This document shows, one piece after another, positions 14,101 to 26,900 of a stretch of DNA of 64,000 nt. The stretch comes from Camelus dromedarius. Its lineage: Eukaryota. The DNA lies in NCBI RefSeq assembly GCF_036321535.1, contig NC_087437.1, positions 64,606,001-64,670,000 of the forward strand. Direction: 5' to 3'. A program made the position numbers and the translations under genes. The notes below the pieces were generated by a model. It searched no databases and had not been told where the DNA came from. It worked only from the letters and a program-made list of their open reading frames with translations. Every line of letters begins with the position of its first letter. Positions within the stretch are counted from its first letter, which is position 1.

Positions 14101-17100
14101 AGATGAAGGGAGAAATAGTTCAGTAATGACTGGGAGACTTCAATACTGCACTTTCAATAATGGACAGAACAACTTGACATAAGGTCAGCAAGGAAACAAC
14201 AATATAAACCAACCAGACCCAGCAGATATGTATAGAACACACCACCACCCAGCAGCAGCATAATATATATTCTCAAGTGCATGTGGGACATTTTCCAGGT
14301 TAGACCATATGCTAGGCCACAGAATAAACCTTAATATATTTAAAAGGTTTGAAATAATACAAATGATGTTCTCTGACCACAATGAAAAGAAATCAGAAAT
14401 CAACAACAGAAAGAAACTATTTGTTTCTTTGGGGGAACTCACAAATATGTAGAAATTAAGGAGCATACTCCTAAGTAACCAGTGGGTCAAAGGAAGAAAA
14501 AAAAGAGAAATCAGAAAATACTTTGAGATAACATGAAAATGAAGTTACTACCTAAGAAAACTTAGGGAATACAGCTAAAGCTGTGCTTAGAGGGAAACTT
14601 CTAGAAATAAATGCCTATATTAAGTGTCTCCAATCAATAACCTAACCTTCCACATTAAGTCAAAAGAAGAGTGAAGTAGAAGGAAGGAAGTAATAAAGAT
14701 TAGGGTAGAGATTAATGAATTAGAGAGTGAAAAAATGATAGAGAAAATTGAGGAAACCAAAAACTGTTTCTTTGAAAACATCAACAAAATTGGTAAACCT
14801 TGGGTTAGATTGACAAAAAAAGAACAGAAGACTCAAATTACTAGAATCAGAAATGAAAGAGGGAACATTATTGGTTACCTTATAAAACTTAAAAGAATTA
14901 TAAAGGAATACTATGAATAACTATATACCAGTAAGATACATAGCTTAGATAAAATGGACACATTTTTAGCAAGATAAAACCTACTGAAACTGACGTAAGA
15001 AACAATCTAAATAGACCTATAACAAGTGAAGAGATTGAATTAATCATAAAAGTACCCACAAAGAAAAGCCCAGGCCTACATGGCTTCACTGCTGAAGTCT
15101 ATCAGACATTTAAAGAGGAATTAGTACTATTTGTTCACAAACTCTTTCAAAAAATTGAAAGAGGGGAGGATACTTTTCAACTTATTTTATAAAGCTAGTT
15201 ACCCTTATGCTAAAGACATCACAAGAAAAGTACAGACCAATATCTCTTGTGAATATAAACACAAAAATTCTCAAAATGCTAACAAACTAAACTCAGCAGC
15301 ATATAAAAAGATTTATACACCATGACCAAGTGGCATTTATCCCAGAAATGTAAGGTTGGTTTAAATTTCATAAACCAATTATGTACTATATCAGTAAAAT
15401 AAAGAAAAAAGTTACATAGTCTTTGCAAAAGATGCAGAAAAATTTGACAAAATACACCTTTCACTGACAAAGACACGAAAAAAACTAGGAATAGAAAGGA
15501 ACTTCAGCATGTTAAAGGACATCTATGAAAAAAATCCAAAGGTAACATGATACTTGTTGATGAAAGACTGGATGCTTTCCCCTAAGATCAGGAATAAAAC
15601 AAGATTGTCTGCTCTCTTCCACTTCTATTTGACATTGTATGGAGGGTCTAGCCATGGCAGTTATGCAAGAAAAAGAAAAGGCACCAAGATCAGAAGAAAA
15701 GGGAGGAGGGTATAGCTCAGTGATAGAGTGTGTGCCTGGCATGCATGAGATCTTGGATTCAATCTCAAGTACCTCCACTAAAAAAATGGATTAAATAAAC
15801 TGAATTACTTCTCCCCCAAAACAAACAAGCAAACAAAAGATTGGAAGAAAAGGAGCAAAACTGTCTCTGGCAGATGACATGATCTTGTATGTAGAAAATC
15901 CTTAAGAATCCACTAATAAAGTGTTAGCATTAATAAGCAAGTTCAGTTCAGCAAGGTTGCAGGATACAAAATCAATACATAAAAATTGATTTTATATAGA
16001 CTTGGCATGAACAATCCAAAAGTGAAATTAAAATAATTCCATTTACAATAGCATCAAAAATATTAAAATACTTACGTGTAAATTTAACAAAAGAAGTGTA
16101 AAACACTCTGAAAAATATAAAACGTTGTTGAAAGAAATTAAAGATCTAAGTTAAAAAAATTTTGTCTTCATAGACTGAAAGATTTAATACTAAGATTGGC
16201 AGTACTCCCCAAATTAATCTCCAGATTCAGTGCAGTTCATATCAGAATTTTAGGTGACTTCTGTGTAGACATTGACGGATTGACTCTAAAATTCACATGG
16301 AATAGTGGTGTACCCAGGTAAGCCAAAACAGTCTTAAAAAAGAATAAAATAGTACTCATACATTCCTGATTTTAAAACTTACTGCAGAAATGGTAATCCA
16401 GATTGTGTGGAATTGGCAAAAGGATACACATACACAGATCAATGGAAAAGAATTGAAAGTTGAGAAATAAAACCATATATCTGTGACTGATTTTCAAACA
16501 ATAGTGTTAAGACTATTCAGTGGAGAAAGAATAGTCTTCTCAACAAATAGTGTTGAAACGACTGGTGGCCATATGCAAAACAATCACGTTGGACCCTTAC
16601 CTCATACCATATACAAAAATTAACTCAAAATGGATGATAAACCTAAATGTAAGAGTTAGTTAAAACTTTAACCTCTTAGGAGGAAACTTAGAGTTAAGAT
16701 GGCACTAAAATCATTGAGCAGCAAAAGGAAAAATAGATTAATTTGGGTTACATCAAAATTAAAGACTTTTTGTGCTTTAAAGTACACCATCGGGAAAGTG
16801 AAAAGACATCTTAGTGGAAGTATGGAAGAAAATATTAATGAGTCATATATGATAGGAACTTATATCTAGAATAAATAAGGAACTGTTACAACTTAATGGT
16901 AAAAAGACAACCCAATTTAAAAATGGGCAGAGAATCTAAATAGACATTTTGGGGGAAAGATATATAGTTGGCAAAAAAAGTAAGTTAAAAGACATCTAGC
17001 CCACTAAGATGGCCAGAATCAAAAAGTTGTGATACTTTGCTGTACACCTAGAACTAACACAATATTGTAAATAAGCTATACTTCCAAAAAAAAAAAAAAG

Positions 17101-17665
17101 TGATAGTAGGTGTTGGCCAGGATGTGGAGAAATTGGCAACCCTTGTGCACTGCTGGTGGGAATGTAAAATAATGCAGTCACTTTGGAAAAAGCTTGGCAG
17201 TTCCTAAAATGATTAAACAGAGTTACCATTTGACCTAGCAGTTCCCCTCCCAGGTTACATACCCAAGAGAAATGAAAACCTGTGTCTACATAAAAACTTG
17301 TCTACAAATGTTTATGGAGGCACTATCCATAATAGCAAAAAGTAGGAAGAATCCAGCTGTCCATTATTTGATGATTGGATGGATATAATGGGGTATAACC
17401 ATACAGTGGGATATTATTCAGCCAAAAAAGGGGTAAAGTACTAATAATATGCTGCAACACGGATGAACTTGTAAAATATGCTAAGTGGAAGAAGCTAGGC
17501 ACAGAAGATCACACATGATTCTATTCATATGAAATGTCCAGAATAGGAGTGGTAGCTTTTTGAGGTGATGAAAATGTTTTAAAAAAAAATTGACTTGTGA
17601 TGGTTGCATATAGCTGTGAATATACTATAAGATGTTGAATTGTACACTTTAATAAAGCTGTTAAA
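11150..17665 (+). mobile_element. Near full-length degenerate old L1 (L1MB/MC-like), ~6.5 kb
   Basis: 5' region, ORF1 relics (~12300-13150) and ORF2 relics (e.g. IEKIEETKNCFFENINKIGKP at 14735; RT region ~15300-16000). The 3' UTR ends in aataaagctgttaaa. Many stops and frameshifts. Confidence 0.9.
15701..15836 (+). mobile_element. tRNA-derived SINE (Vic-1-like) nested in L1
   Basis: gggtatagctcagtgatagag..ggattcaatc; degenerate TSD aagatcagaagaaaag / aagattggaagaaaag. Confidence 0.85.
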
Positions 17666-17787
17666 GTAAACCGTTTGACATTCTTATCCATTGGTTCTGG
17701 GCATGTATATGTTTAAAAGTCTGAACTATTAAAATAACAGAGCTCTTTATGGTAAGCTAAGGTCCTTCCCTCATTTTTGTAGAAATC

Positions 17788-17916
17788 ATGACTACCCCAG
17801 GAAAAGAGAACTTTCGCTTGAAAAGTTACAAAAATAAGTCCCTGAATCCTGATGAGATGCGCAGAAGGAGGGAGGAAGAAGGGCTGCAGTTACGTAAGCA
17901 GAAAAGAGAAGAGCAG
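17788..17916 (+). CDS. KPNA1: KPNA1 exon 2, coding part (MTTPGK...KREEQ)
   Basis: Acceptor tttttgtag|aaatcATG (exon starts 17783); donor CAG|gtaagt; 129 nt. Confidence 0.97.
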
Positions 17917-20900
17917 GTAAGTCCTTTACTCTCATTTATTTCTCTTAAAGAACTTAGTGTTCCATTTTAATACTGACATCACCTTCCTTTATTTTAGTTT
18001 TAACAGTGTGTGATACATATTGTGTGTATATGCATATATCCCCCTCCCAACTATAAAATCAACATCTTTTAGGGATAGGGGAGTGGATGTAATGAAAAGT
18101 AGAATGCAAGAATGAAGAAATCTCTCAGGTTCCCATGTTATCAATATAACCACTGTTTAACATTTTGGCCTTTTTTTTTTTTTTTTTTAGTCTATTTTAC
18201 TTTTCTAAAGTTACAACTTCTTTAAGATTTTATGTGTATGTTTGTTAATGAATTCTCAAGTGACCAACAGAACATTGCTATTCATTCTAAATTTTAATTT
18301 GAAAATTTGTAAACATGTACAAAAATACAGAGTAGTTAATGAACCTCATAAGCCCATACTTTGGGTTCAGTAATTGTCAGCAATTTTCTATACTTGCTTC
18401 ATGTCTGTTTGTCTATCTTTACATTCTTTATTGTATAGTATTTTATTTTATTTTTCTTAACACCTTTATTATGGTATGGTTCCTGTACAGTAAACTACAC
18501 ATATTTCAGATGTACAATTTGAAGAATTTTGTTAGGTGTGTATACCCCATGAAACCACCTCCACAATCAAGATAGCTAACACTTCCATCACTCCCCTAAA
18601 GGTGCAAGTTTCAAATTGCCAATGTATCCCTTCCCACCTCCTTTATGCCCTGGTAAACATAAGTTTGTTTTCTATGTTTGTGAGTCTGTTTCTGTTTTGT
18701 AGGTAAGTTCATTTGTGTCCTTTTTTTAGATTCTACATATAAGTGATGTCATATGGTATTTTTCTTTTTCTGACTTACTTTACTTAGAATGACGATGTCC
18801 AGGTCCATCCATGTTGCTGCAAATGACATTCCTTTTTATGGCTGAGTAATACTCCATTGCGTATATGTACCACATCTGCTTTATCCAGTTATCTGTTGAT
18901 GGACATTTGGGTTGTTTCCATGTCTTGGCTATTGTAAATAGTGCTGCTGTGAATATTGGGGTGCATATATCTTTTCAAATTATATTTTTCTCCAGATATA
19001 TGCCCAGGAGTGGGATTGCTGGATCATGTGATAAGTTTATTTTTAGTTTTTTAAGGAATCTCCATACTGTCCTCCATAGTGGCTGCACCAGTTTATATTC
19101 CCAACAGTGTAGGAGAGTTCCTTTTTCTTCACATTCTCTCCAGCATTTATTGTTTGTGGACTTTTTATTGATGGCCATTCTGATTGTGAGGTGACATCTC
19201 ATTGTAGTTTTGATTTGTTTCTCTAAAAATTGTAGTTTCTCTAACAATTAGTGATATTGAGCATCTTTTCATGTGCTTGTTGGCCATCTGGATGTCTTCC
19301 TCAGAGAGATGTCTATTTATGTCTAATGTGCATTTTTTGATTGGGTTGCTTTTTTTTTGATATTAAGTTGTATGAGCTGTTTGTATATTTTGGAAATTAA
19401 TCCCTTGTCATTCACAATATTTGCAAATATTTTCTCCCATTCTGTAGGTTATCTTTTCATTTTGTTGATAGTATCCTTAGCTGTGCAAAAGCTTTTAGGT
19501 TTAATTAGATCCCATTTGTTTATTTTTGCTTCTATTTCCATTACTCTAGGAGCTGGTTTGAAAAAAAAATATTGCTGTGATTTATGTCAAAGCATGTTCT
19601 ACCTATGTTTTCCTCTAGGAGTTTGATAGTATCTGATCTTACATTGAAGTCTTTAATCCATTTTGAGTTTATTTTTGTATATGGTGTTAGAGAATGTTCT
19701 AATTTCAGTCTTTTACAGGTAGCTTTCCAGTTGTCCCAGCACCACTTGTTGAAGAGACTATCTTTTCTCCATTGTGTATTCTTGCCTCCTTTGTCATAGA
19801 TTAATTAACCATAGGTGCATGGGTTTATTTCTGGACTTTCTATTCCTGTTCCATTTATTTATGTGTCTCTTTTTGTGCCAGTACCATACTGCTTTGATTA
19901 CTGTAGCTTTGTAGTGTAGTCTGAATTCAGGGAGTGTGATTCCCCCAGCTCCATTCTTCCTTTTCAAGACTGTTTTGGCTATTTGGGGCCTTTTGTGTTT
20001 CCATACAAATTTTAACATTTTTTGTTCCAGCACTATGAAAAATATCATTGGTAATTTGATAGGGATTGCATTGAATCTCTATATTGCCTTGGGTAGTATG
20101 ACCATTTTAACAATACTGATTCTTCCAATCCAAGAACTCGGTATATCTTGCCATCTGTTTTTGTCGTCTTCAGTCAGGTCTGAATATAACCACTAGCCTA
20201 CGCATCATACTTGGCATAAAGCCATTTGAAGATATAGTAGTGGCACTCTGCCATTAACAGTGTTTGTTTTACTCTGTTTCTTCTTGGTAACAGGGATTTC
20301 GTGTTATTAGACTTCATTGAAAATTTATATAAACAAAATAAGGTCTTCATATTCACCTGCCTGAAGAAAAATGCTTTACAGCCTTAATATATCAAGTGGC
20401 AAGTATTGCCCCTCTTATCTGACTAGAAATGTTTGTAGTTGAAATTCTAACACCTTCATTGTATGAGATCTGAAATTGTGCTAGGACTTTGGTAAGTTTC
20501 TGTGCTAAGTTTCTGGAATATTGCTCTATTTAAAAATCTTAATTTTATCATTTCATGTGTGCCATCTTATGTAGGGAGAACTGGTAAAACCAATCAGACT
20601 TCCTTTTTTTTCTTTTTCTTTCTTTTTTTCTTTTTTAATTTAATTAATTAATTTATTTATTTTACTTTATTTTATTGAGTTATAGTCATTTTACAATGTT
20701 GTGTCAAATTCCAGCGTATAGCACAATTTTTCAGTTATACGTGAACATACATACATTCATTGTCACATTCACTTTCGCTGTGAGCCACCACAAGATCCTG
20801 TGTATATTTCCCTGTGCTACACAGTGCAATCTTGTTTATCTGTTCTACATTTTGAAATCCCAGTCCCTTCCCACCCCCCCAATCAGACTTTTTAACATCA

Positions 20901-23900
20901 CAGCAGTACTTGTTTCATGCCTAATTTGTAAAATAGTGACCATCAGTAAAATACAGATTCGTGTAGGTGCTGTTTATGTTTCCACAGTTGCTTTGTCATC
21001 TATCGGGAAAAGTCACAGGCTTTAGGCCAGCTGTTCAGCTAGATTTGAGGGTAGTACAGGAGTTGATCCTGTCAAGAACGCAAAAGATAACTGCACTTTT
21101 AGAGCTTTCCCTTTAGCAGCCAGCACTTAATATGTGTTCTTTAGGCAGCACTGTATAAATGACCTTTGTTTATTTGACACCAGCAGACTGAACTAAAATT
21201 TACTTATTTAGCAAAAAATTTTACTAGTTGATGTCATTCCAGTTGAGCCAGTCTTGTAATTTTTCATGAATAAAAAGACAGGCACTTTACATTTACTATT
21301 AAAATATTTTGAAATAAGCTAACGCAGTATGAGTAGGTAACAGTGCTGCTTCATAAAAACCATAGTGATGAAAAATAGAGGCTTGCTTGAAGTTTTTAGT
21401 TACAAGAAATATCTTGTGAAGTAAGCAAGGGGTTATTATTACTATTTTTTGTGACAACATGGATGGACATTGAAGGCATTATGTGGAGTGAAATAAGCCA
21501 GACAAATACTCTATGATTTCACTTACATATGGAATCTAAAAACAAAAAAATTAAAAAAACCAAACTTGTACTCAGACTTGTGGTTGCCAGAGGCAAATGA
21601 TTAGGGGAGGGAGAATTGGAAGCAGGTAGTAGTAAGAAGGTACAAACTTCCAGTTATAAGATAAATAAGTGTTGGGGATGTAATGTACAACATGACTATA
21701 GCTAACACTGGTGTATGATATACAGGAAAGATGTTGAGAGTAAATCCTAAGGGTTCTCACCATAAGGAGAGATTTTTTTCTTTCTTTTTATTGTATCTGT
21801 ATGAGAAGATGGATGTTAGATGAACCTGTTGTGATCATTTCACAACATATGTAAATGAAATCCTCATTCTGTACACTTTAAACTTACATAGTGATGTGTG
21901 TCAGTTAGGTTGAGAAACTGGAGCAATCATGTGTATCCCAGTAGTGCATCAGAAAAGACCTCACAAATTCCTTAAAAAACTAAAAATAGAGTTACCATAT
22001 GATCCAGCAGTATCTGTGCGCATGTATCTGCACGAAAATATAATTTTAAAAGATACATGCACCCATGTTCATAGCAGCACTATTTAGAATAGCCAAGACA
22101 TGGACGCAACCTAAATGTCCATTGACAAATGATTGGATGAACACACACACATACATACACACACACTGCTGGAATACTAATCAGCCATAAAAGAGAATGA
22201 AATAATGCCATTTGCAGCAACATGGGTGGACCTAGAGATTATCATACTAAGAGAAATAAGTCAGACACAGAGAAAGACAAATACATGATATCACTTATAT
22301 GTGAAATCCAAAAAAATGACACAAATGAACTTATTTGCAAAACAAAGAGACTCACAGAGAAAACAAACCATTACTAAGGGGGAAAGCAAGGGGATGGATA
22401 AATTGGGAATGTGTGATTAGCAGAAATAAACTACTATATACAGAATAGATAAACAGCAAAGCCCTACTGTATGGCACAAGAAATTATATTCAATAGCTTG
22501 TTATAATGAAAAAAATATGAAAAAGAATATATGTGTGTGTAACTGAATCACTTTACTGTACACTAACAGAACATTGTAAATCAACTGTACTTCAAAAAAA
22601 AAAAAGTGGGGTGTCTAGTGTTTGAATATTGAACTCCATTTTGGTAGAATTACTTTAGTAATAGTCTTTTATTTTTCAGTTATTCAAGCGAAGAAATGTT
22701 GCTACAGCAGAAGAAGAAACAGAAGAAGAAGTTATGTCAGATGGAGGCTTCCACGAGGCTCAGATTAATAACATGGAGATGGCACCAGTAAGTAGGATAA
22801 TGAAAGAAATTCTTTTTACTCTTTTTCTGACGAGGCTTCGATCTCTTTTGGGGTTTAAACAAATGGTTAGATGGCTATAAAAAGTACTTGGCATTTCATA
22901 TTTAAAAGGAAGCCATATACCTAATCTCATGATTCATTAAATGTTTATTATATTTTGAATAACATGTAGTTAAACAGAATTAACTAAATTAGGAAGAATA
23001 ATTTGGCTATTAAAACTTAAAAAGATAATCATAAAATAAAATTATTCCTTAAGAGTTGAATACTAAGGGATGCTTTAAAGGAAGTCCCAGTTTGTTACTC
23101 ATTTCAGTTACAAAATTGGACATACTCACATGACTTTAAAAATTTGCTCTGTGTTGCCACTATTGGAATTTTCTGTTGCAACCCATTTTGTAACATTGAG
23201 GTTACATAAACAGATAAAAATTATGCTTTATTTATATGGATCACACTTCTCTAGATTTCTAGCTTATTATGATCAGTTGTATAATGTTTTAGTATATATA
23301 TATGTACATGGTTTTCAAAACAAGAAAAATCTCTTCTACCTCAGTCACCCAGGTTCTTTCCACACTGGCAACCACTGTTATTAGATTCTTACTTACTCTT
23401 TTTAAGAAAAATCCCCCCTCCTTTTTAGGCGGCAAATGGTAGCATATCGTGCACAGTATTTTATAGATCTTTCTCTTTTTTTATGTCATGTATCTCCAGT
23501 TTTTATGGACCAATTTTTTGGAATTAGAACAATTTAAATTGCTTTGGAATCTGTAGATATTGTTGCCAACACTATCATTTTGTGGTTATTTCCTCTAGGC
23601 CCTTCAGGAAGTTGAGCTGTCTTTTTTTTTAAGTGGATATTAAATGATTATAAAGTATTTTGTGGATGGTATTAGTCAGGGTTCTACAGAGGAAACAGAA
23701 CCATTGAGGGGGAGGAAGAGAGATTGATTGATCCATTGATTGATTTTAAGGAATTGGCTCATGACGTTGTTAGAGCTGGTAAGTCTGAAATCTGTAGGGC
23801 AAGACAGTAGGCTGGAAATGTAAGAATTGATGTGTTTTTTTCTTCCCCCCCTCCAGATGTGTTGCACTTTTTAAATTAATTTTAGGAGGGAGGTGATTAG

Positions 23901-26900
23901 GTTTACTTACTTATTTTTAGAGGAGGTACTGGGGATTGAACCTAGGACCTCATGCATGCTAAGCATGCGCTCTACCACCTGAGCTATATCCTCCTGCCTG
24001 ATGTGGTTTTGAGGCTAAATTCCTTCTTCAAGAAACCTCAGTCTTTGCTCTTGGGACTTCCAGTCAATACCACCTGCAGTTTGGATGGTAATGTGCTCTA
24101 CTCGACTGCACAGATTTAAGTGTTTATCATATCTAAAAAAATACTTTCACAGTACCATCTAGACTGGTGTTTGTCCAAACAGCTGAGTACCATAACCTAA
24201 CCAAGTTGACACATAAAATTATCTGTCCTGGTGTACTCCTTGTCATCATGGCATCCATACCCAACTCCTTAAACCATACGGAGTCTCAGATAAAGACAAT
24301 GACAAGGTCATACCTCCTTATATTGTGATACAGCTATCCTGCATGCAACTGAAGATGCATAACCTTTTTTTTCCAGAAGAGGATGCAAAGTCCTTGGGTG
24401 ATATTTACTTCTCTCTGTGATATCCTACAACTTAAACACTATGAATGTAAAGTGAATACATCATGTTATATGATAACAGGATAAGAGAGGGAAGAAAACA
24501 AAGATACACATAGATACAGATACATGGAAGCATTCATAAAAAATTATATAGGTACTTTTGTTTATTCAGGAACCAGACTTAAACATTTCAAAGTAATTAT
24601 TTTTCTGATTCTTGAGAGCAGAATGCTTCATTCTCCCCATGGATTATTCCTAAGTGTGAGATACTGCTTACAAACCACCCAGCATCTACAACTCAGTACA
24701 GCTTTCTTCACGATTTAGCTTGTTGACTTAACAATCCTTCGTGAAAAGTTAACAGTTTTATTTCATTGTGACAAATGATCCAGAGAACAAAGTTTAGCTA
24801 TTAATACTGGGGATGGGTTGTAGTGGGAATCAAGAAAGCTCTAATAAAGGAAGAAAATAGTGGGAGATTGAAAACTTCTAATTCAGCAAGAAAATAGAAA
24901 TTTTAAATAAATTTAAGAATCAGCTGTTGAATTTGGCAGTGTCTAGAATCTGATTTATACAAGACTACTCTATACTCATTCAGTAAGTATTTGCTGAGCA
25001 TCTACTTTTTGCCAGCCATCAGTGATAGAGTGGTAAGATAAATAGGGTTTTTGGCTTTCATGGAGCTTACAGCATACTGGGGGAACCCAAGCAATAAGCA
25101 GATAACTAAGAAGAATATCTGATAGTAAAAAGGATAACTAAGAAGAATATCTGATAGTGAAGAGAGCTAGGCATAGGATTAAAATAGAGTGATGTGATAG
25201 AGATGGAGTGGCTGCTTTAGATTTGGAGGTCTTGAAAAGCCTTCTTTAAGAACTTAATCTGAATGACAAGGAACAGCCTGTCATGTGATGAACTGGAAAG
25301 GAAGAAGAGTAAACTCCTTGTCTTAGTGTTTACTACTAAGATTTAATTTCTTGCTGTGGTGAGCTATTTATGATGGACAAAAACTTTTGGCTTCATCACA
25401 TTATTAATCATCTCATACATTTCTACATGAAAAGATTGTCCAACCTCTGTGTAACTCTTCTATATAAGTATAATTAATAACTTGGCCACAGTTTATACTG
25501 TCTTTGTTTTCCTTTGAATTAAAGTTAAAAATTCATTGTTTGTGATCCCAGGGTGGTGTCATTACTTCCGACATGATTGAAATGATATTTTCCAATAGCC
25601 CAGAGCAACAGCTTTCAGCAACACAGAAATTCAGAAAACTGCTTTCAAAAGGTGAGCTCTGAATATGTTAAGTATATTTTTTCACTTATTTACAAAATAC
25701 TACTTTTTTATAATCTGTTTTTCACACTACAGATAACTTGCTTTGGAGTGTCTCTCAACAGAATAAAAGGATGCATACAGACAAATGTGTAATTATGAAC
25801 CATGACTAACTTTTGAATTTCCTTATTTATTTGTGCGATCTTACCAGGACCAGAAAGCAGCGGCATTTTCATTTCTGAACTATCTTATGAAAGATCTTAA
25901 AGTGATAAGAACAGCAGCAGTATTTTATGTTAATTCAAATTGAGAAACTCCACTCTTTTAAGAAAAATGTAAAATACCACTTGAAAGAGCAATGATTGTT
26001 GATTTTAATGTTAGCAGTTTAACAGTGAATTGAAGTATGGATTTATTAGTGAGCAGGGTAACTACCCTTTTTTTGGTATAATTAGGATAGAATGGAATAT
26101 GATACTTCTTTTTGTCTGGGCAAGTAAGAACTCTGAAACTCTCAGCCATATTAAAATGTCGGTAGTACAGCGAAAAAAAAATGACAGTGAATATATGTAT
26201 GTTCATGTATAACTGAAAAATTGTGCTCTACACTGGTATTTAACACATTATTGTAAAATGACTATAACTCAATAAAAATGTTTAAAAAATCAATAGTAAA
26301 TATTCTCAGTAGTAACTTATGGTTTTTTGGAGTCAGGTGTGATAAATTGAGGTTAACTGGAATGAAAAACCTACCACCGTAACAAAAAATAATTGTCTTT
26401 TGCCTGACAACTTGTTAAAAATATCCAAGGGTCATTATCATGTATACTTTCCCCACCTCTCTAAAAATGTCGTCTGTTTTCAGCATGCTGACCCTAATGG
26501 GTTTCTAAGATAATATGGCTTTCTGAGACCTTTCACCACTCTGCTGCCTTCCAGCATGTATTCAAGTTTGCCAGCCATCCCTCTGATAATTAGAATACAA
26601 TCCTCCAGATGCATTCTTAATACTCTAAAGTGTGGTGGGAGATTGTCTCCCTTGTGCTGACACCATACATTCTAATATAGTCCTCCAAGCTAGCATCAGT
26701 TATGGTAGTCATGGCATAGTAGTAATGTTTCATTGTATTTGCAGCAGTCTAAATAAACTTCTTAGGACTTCTCTTCATAACTGTGAAATTACTGTCATGT
26801 GGTTTTTTAACTGCTTTTAAAAAAAAAATCATTTGCTGAATTTTGCTTTATACCTGTTGTTTTATTGTCAACTTTGGTTTATTGTTATTCTTTCTATATG

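Noticed and set aside
18865..20196. Cluster of 70-110 aa ORFs on both strands
   Set aside because: They are L1 ORF2 fragments and their antisense shadows.
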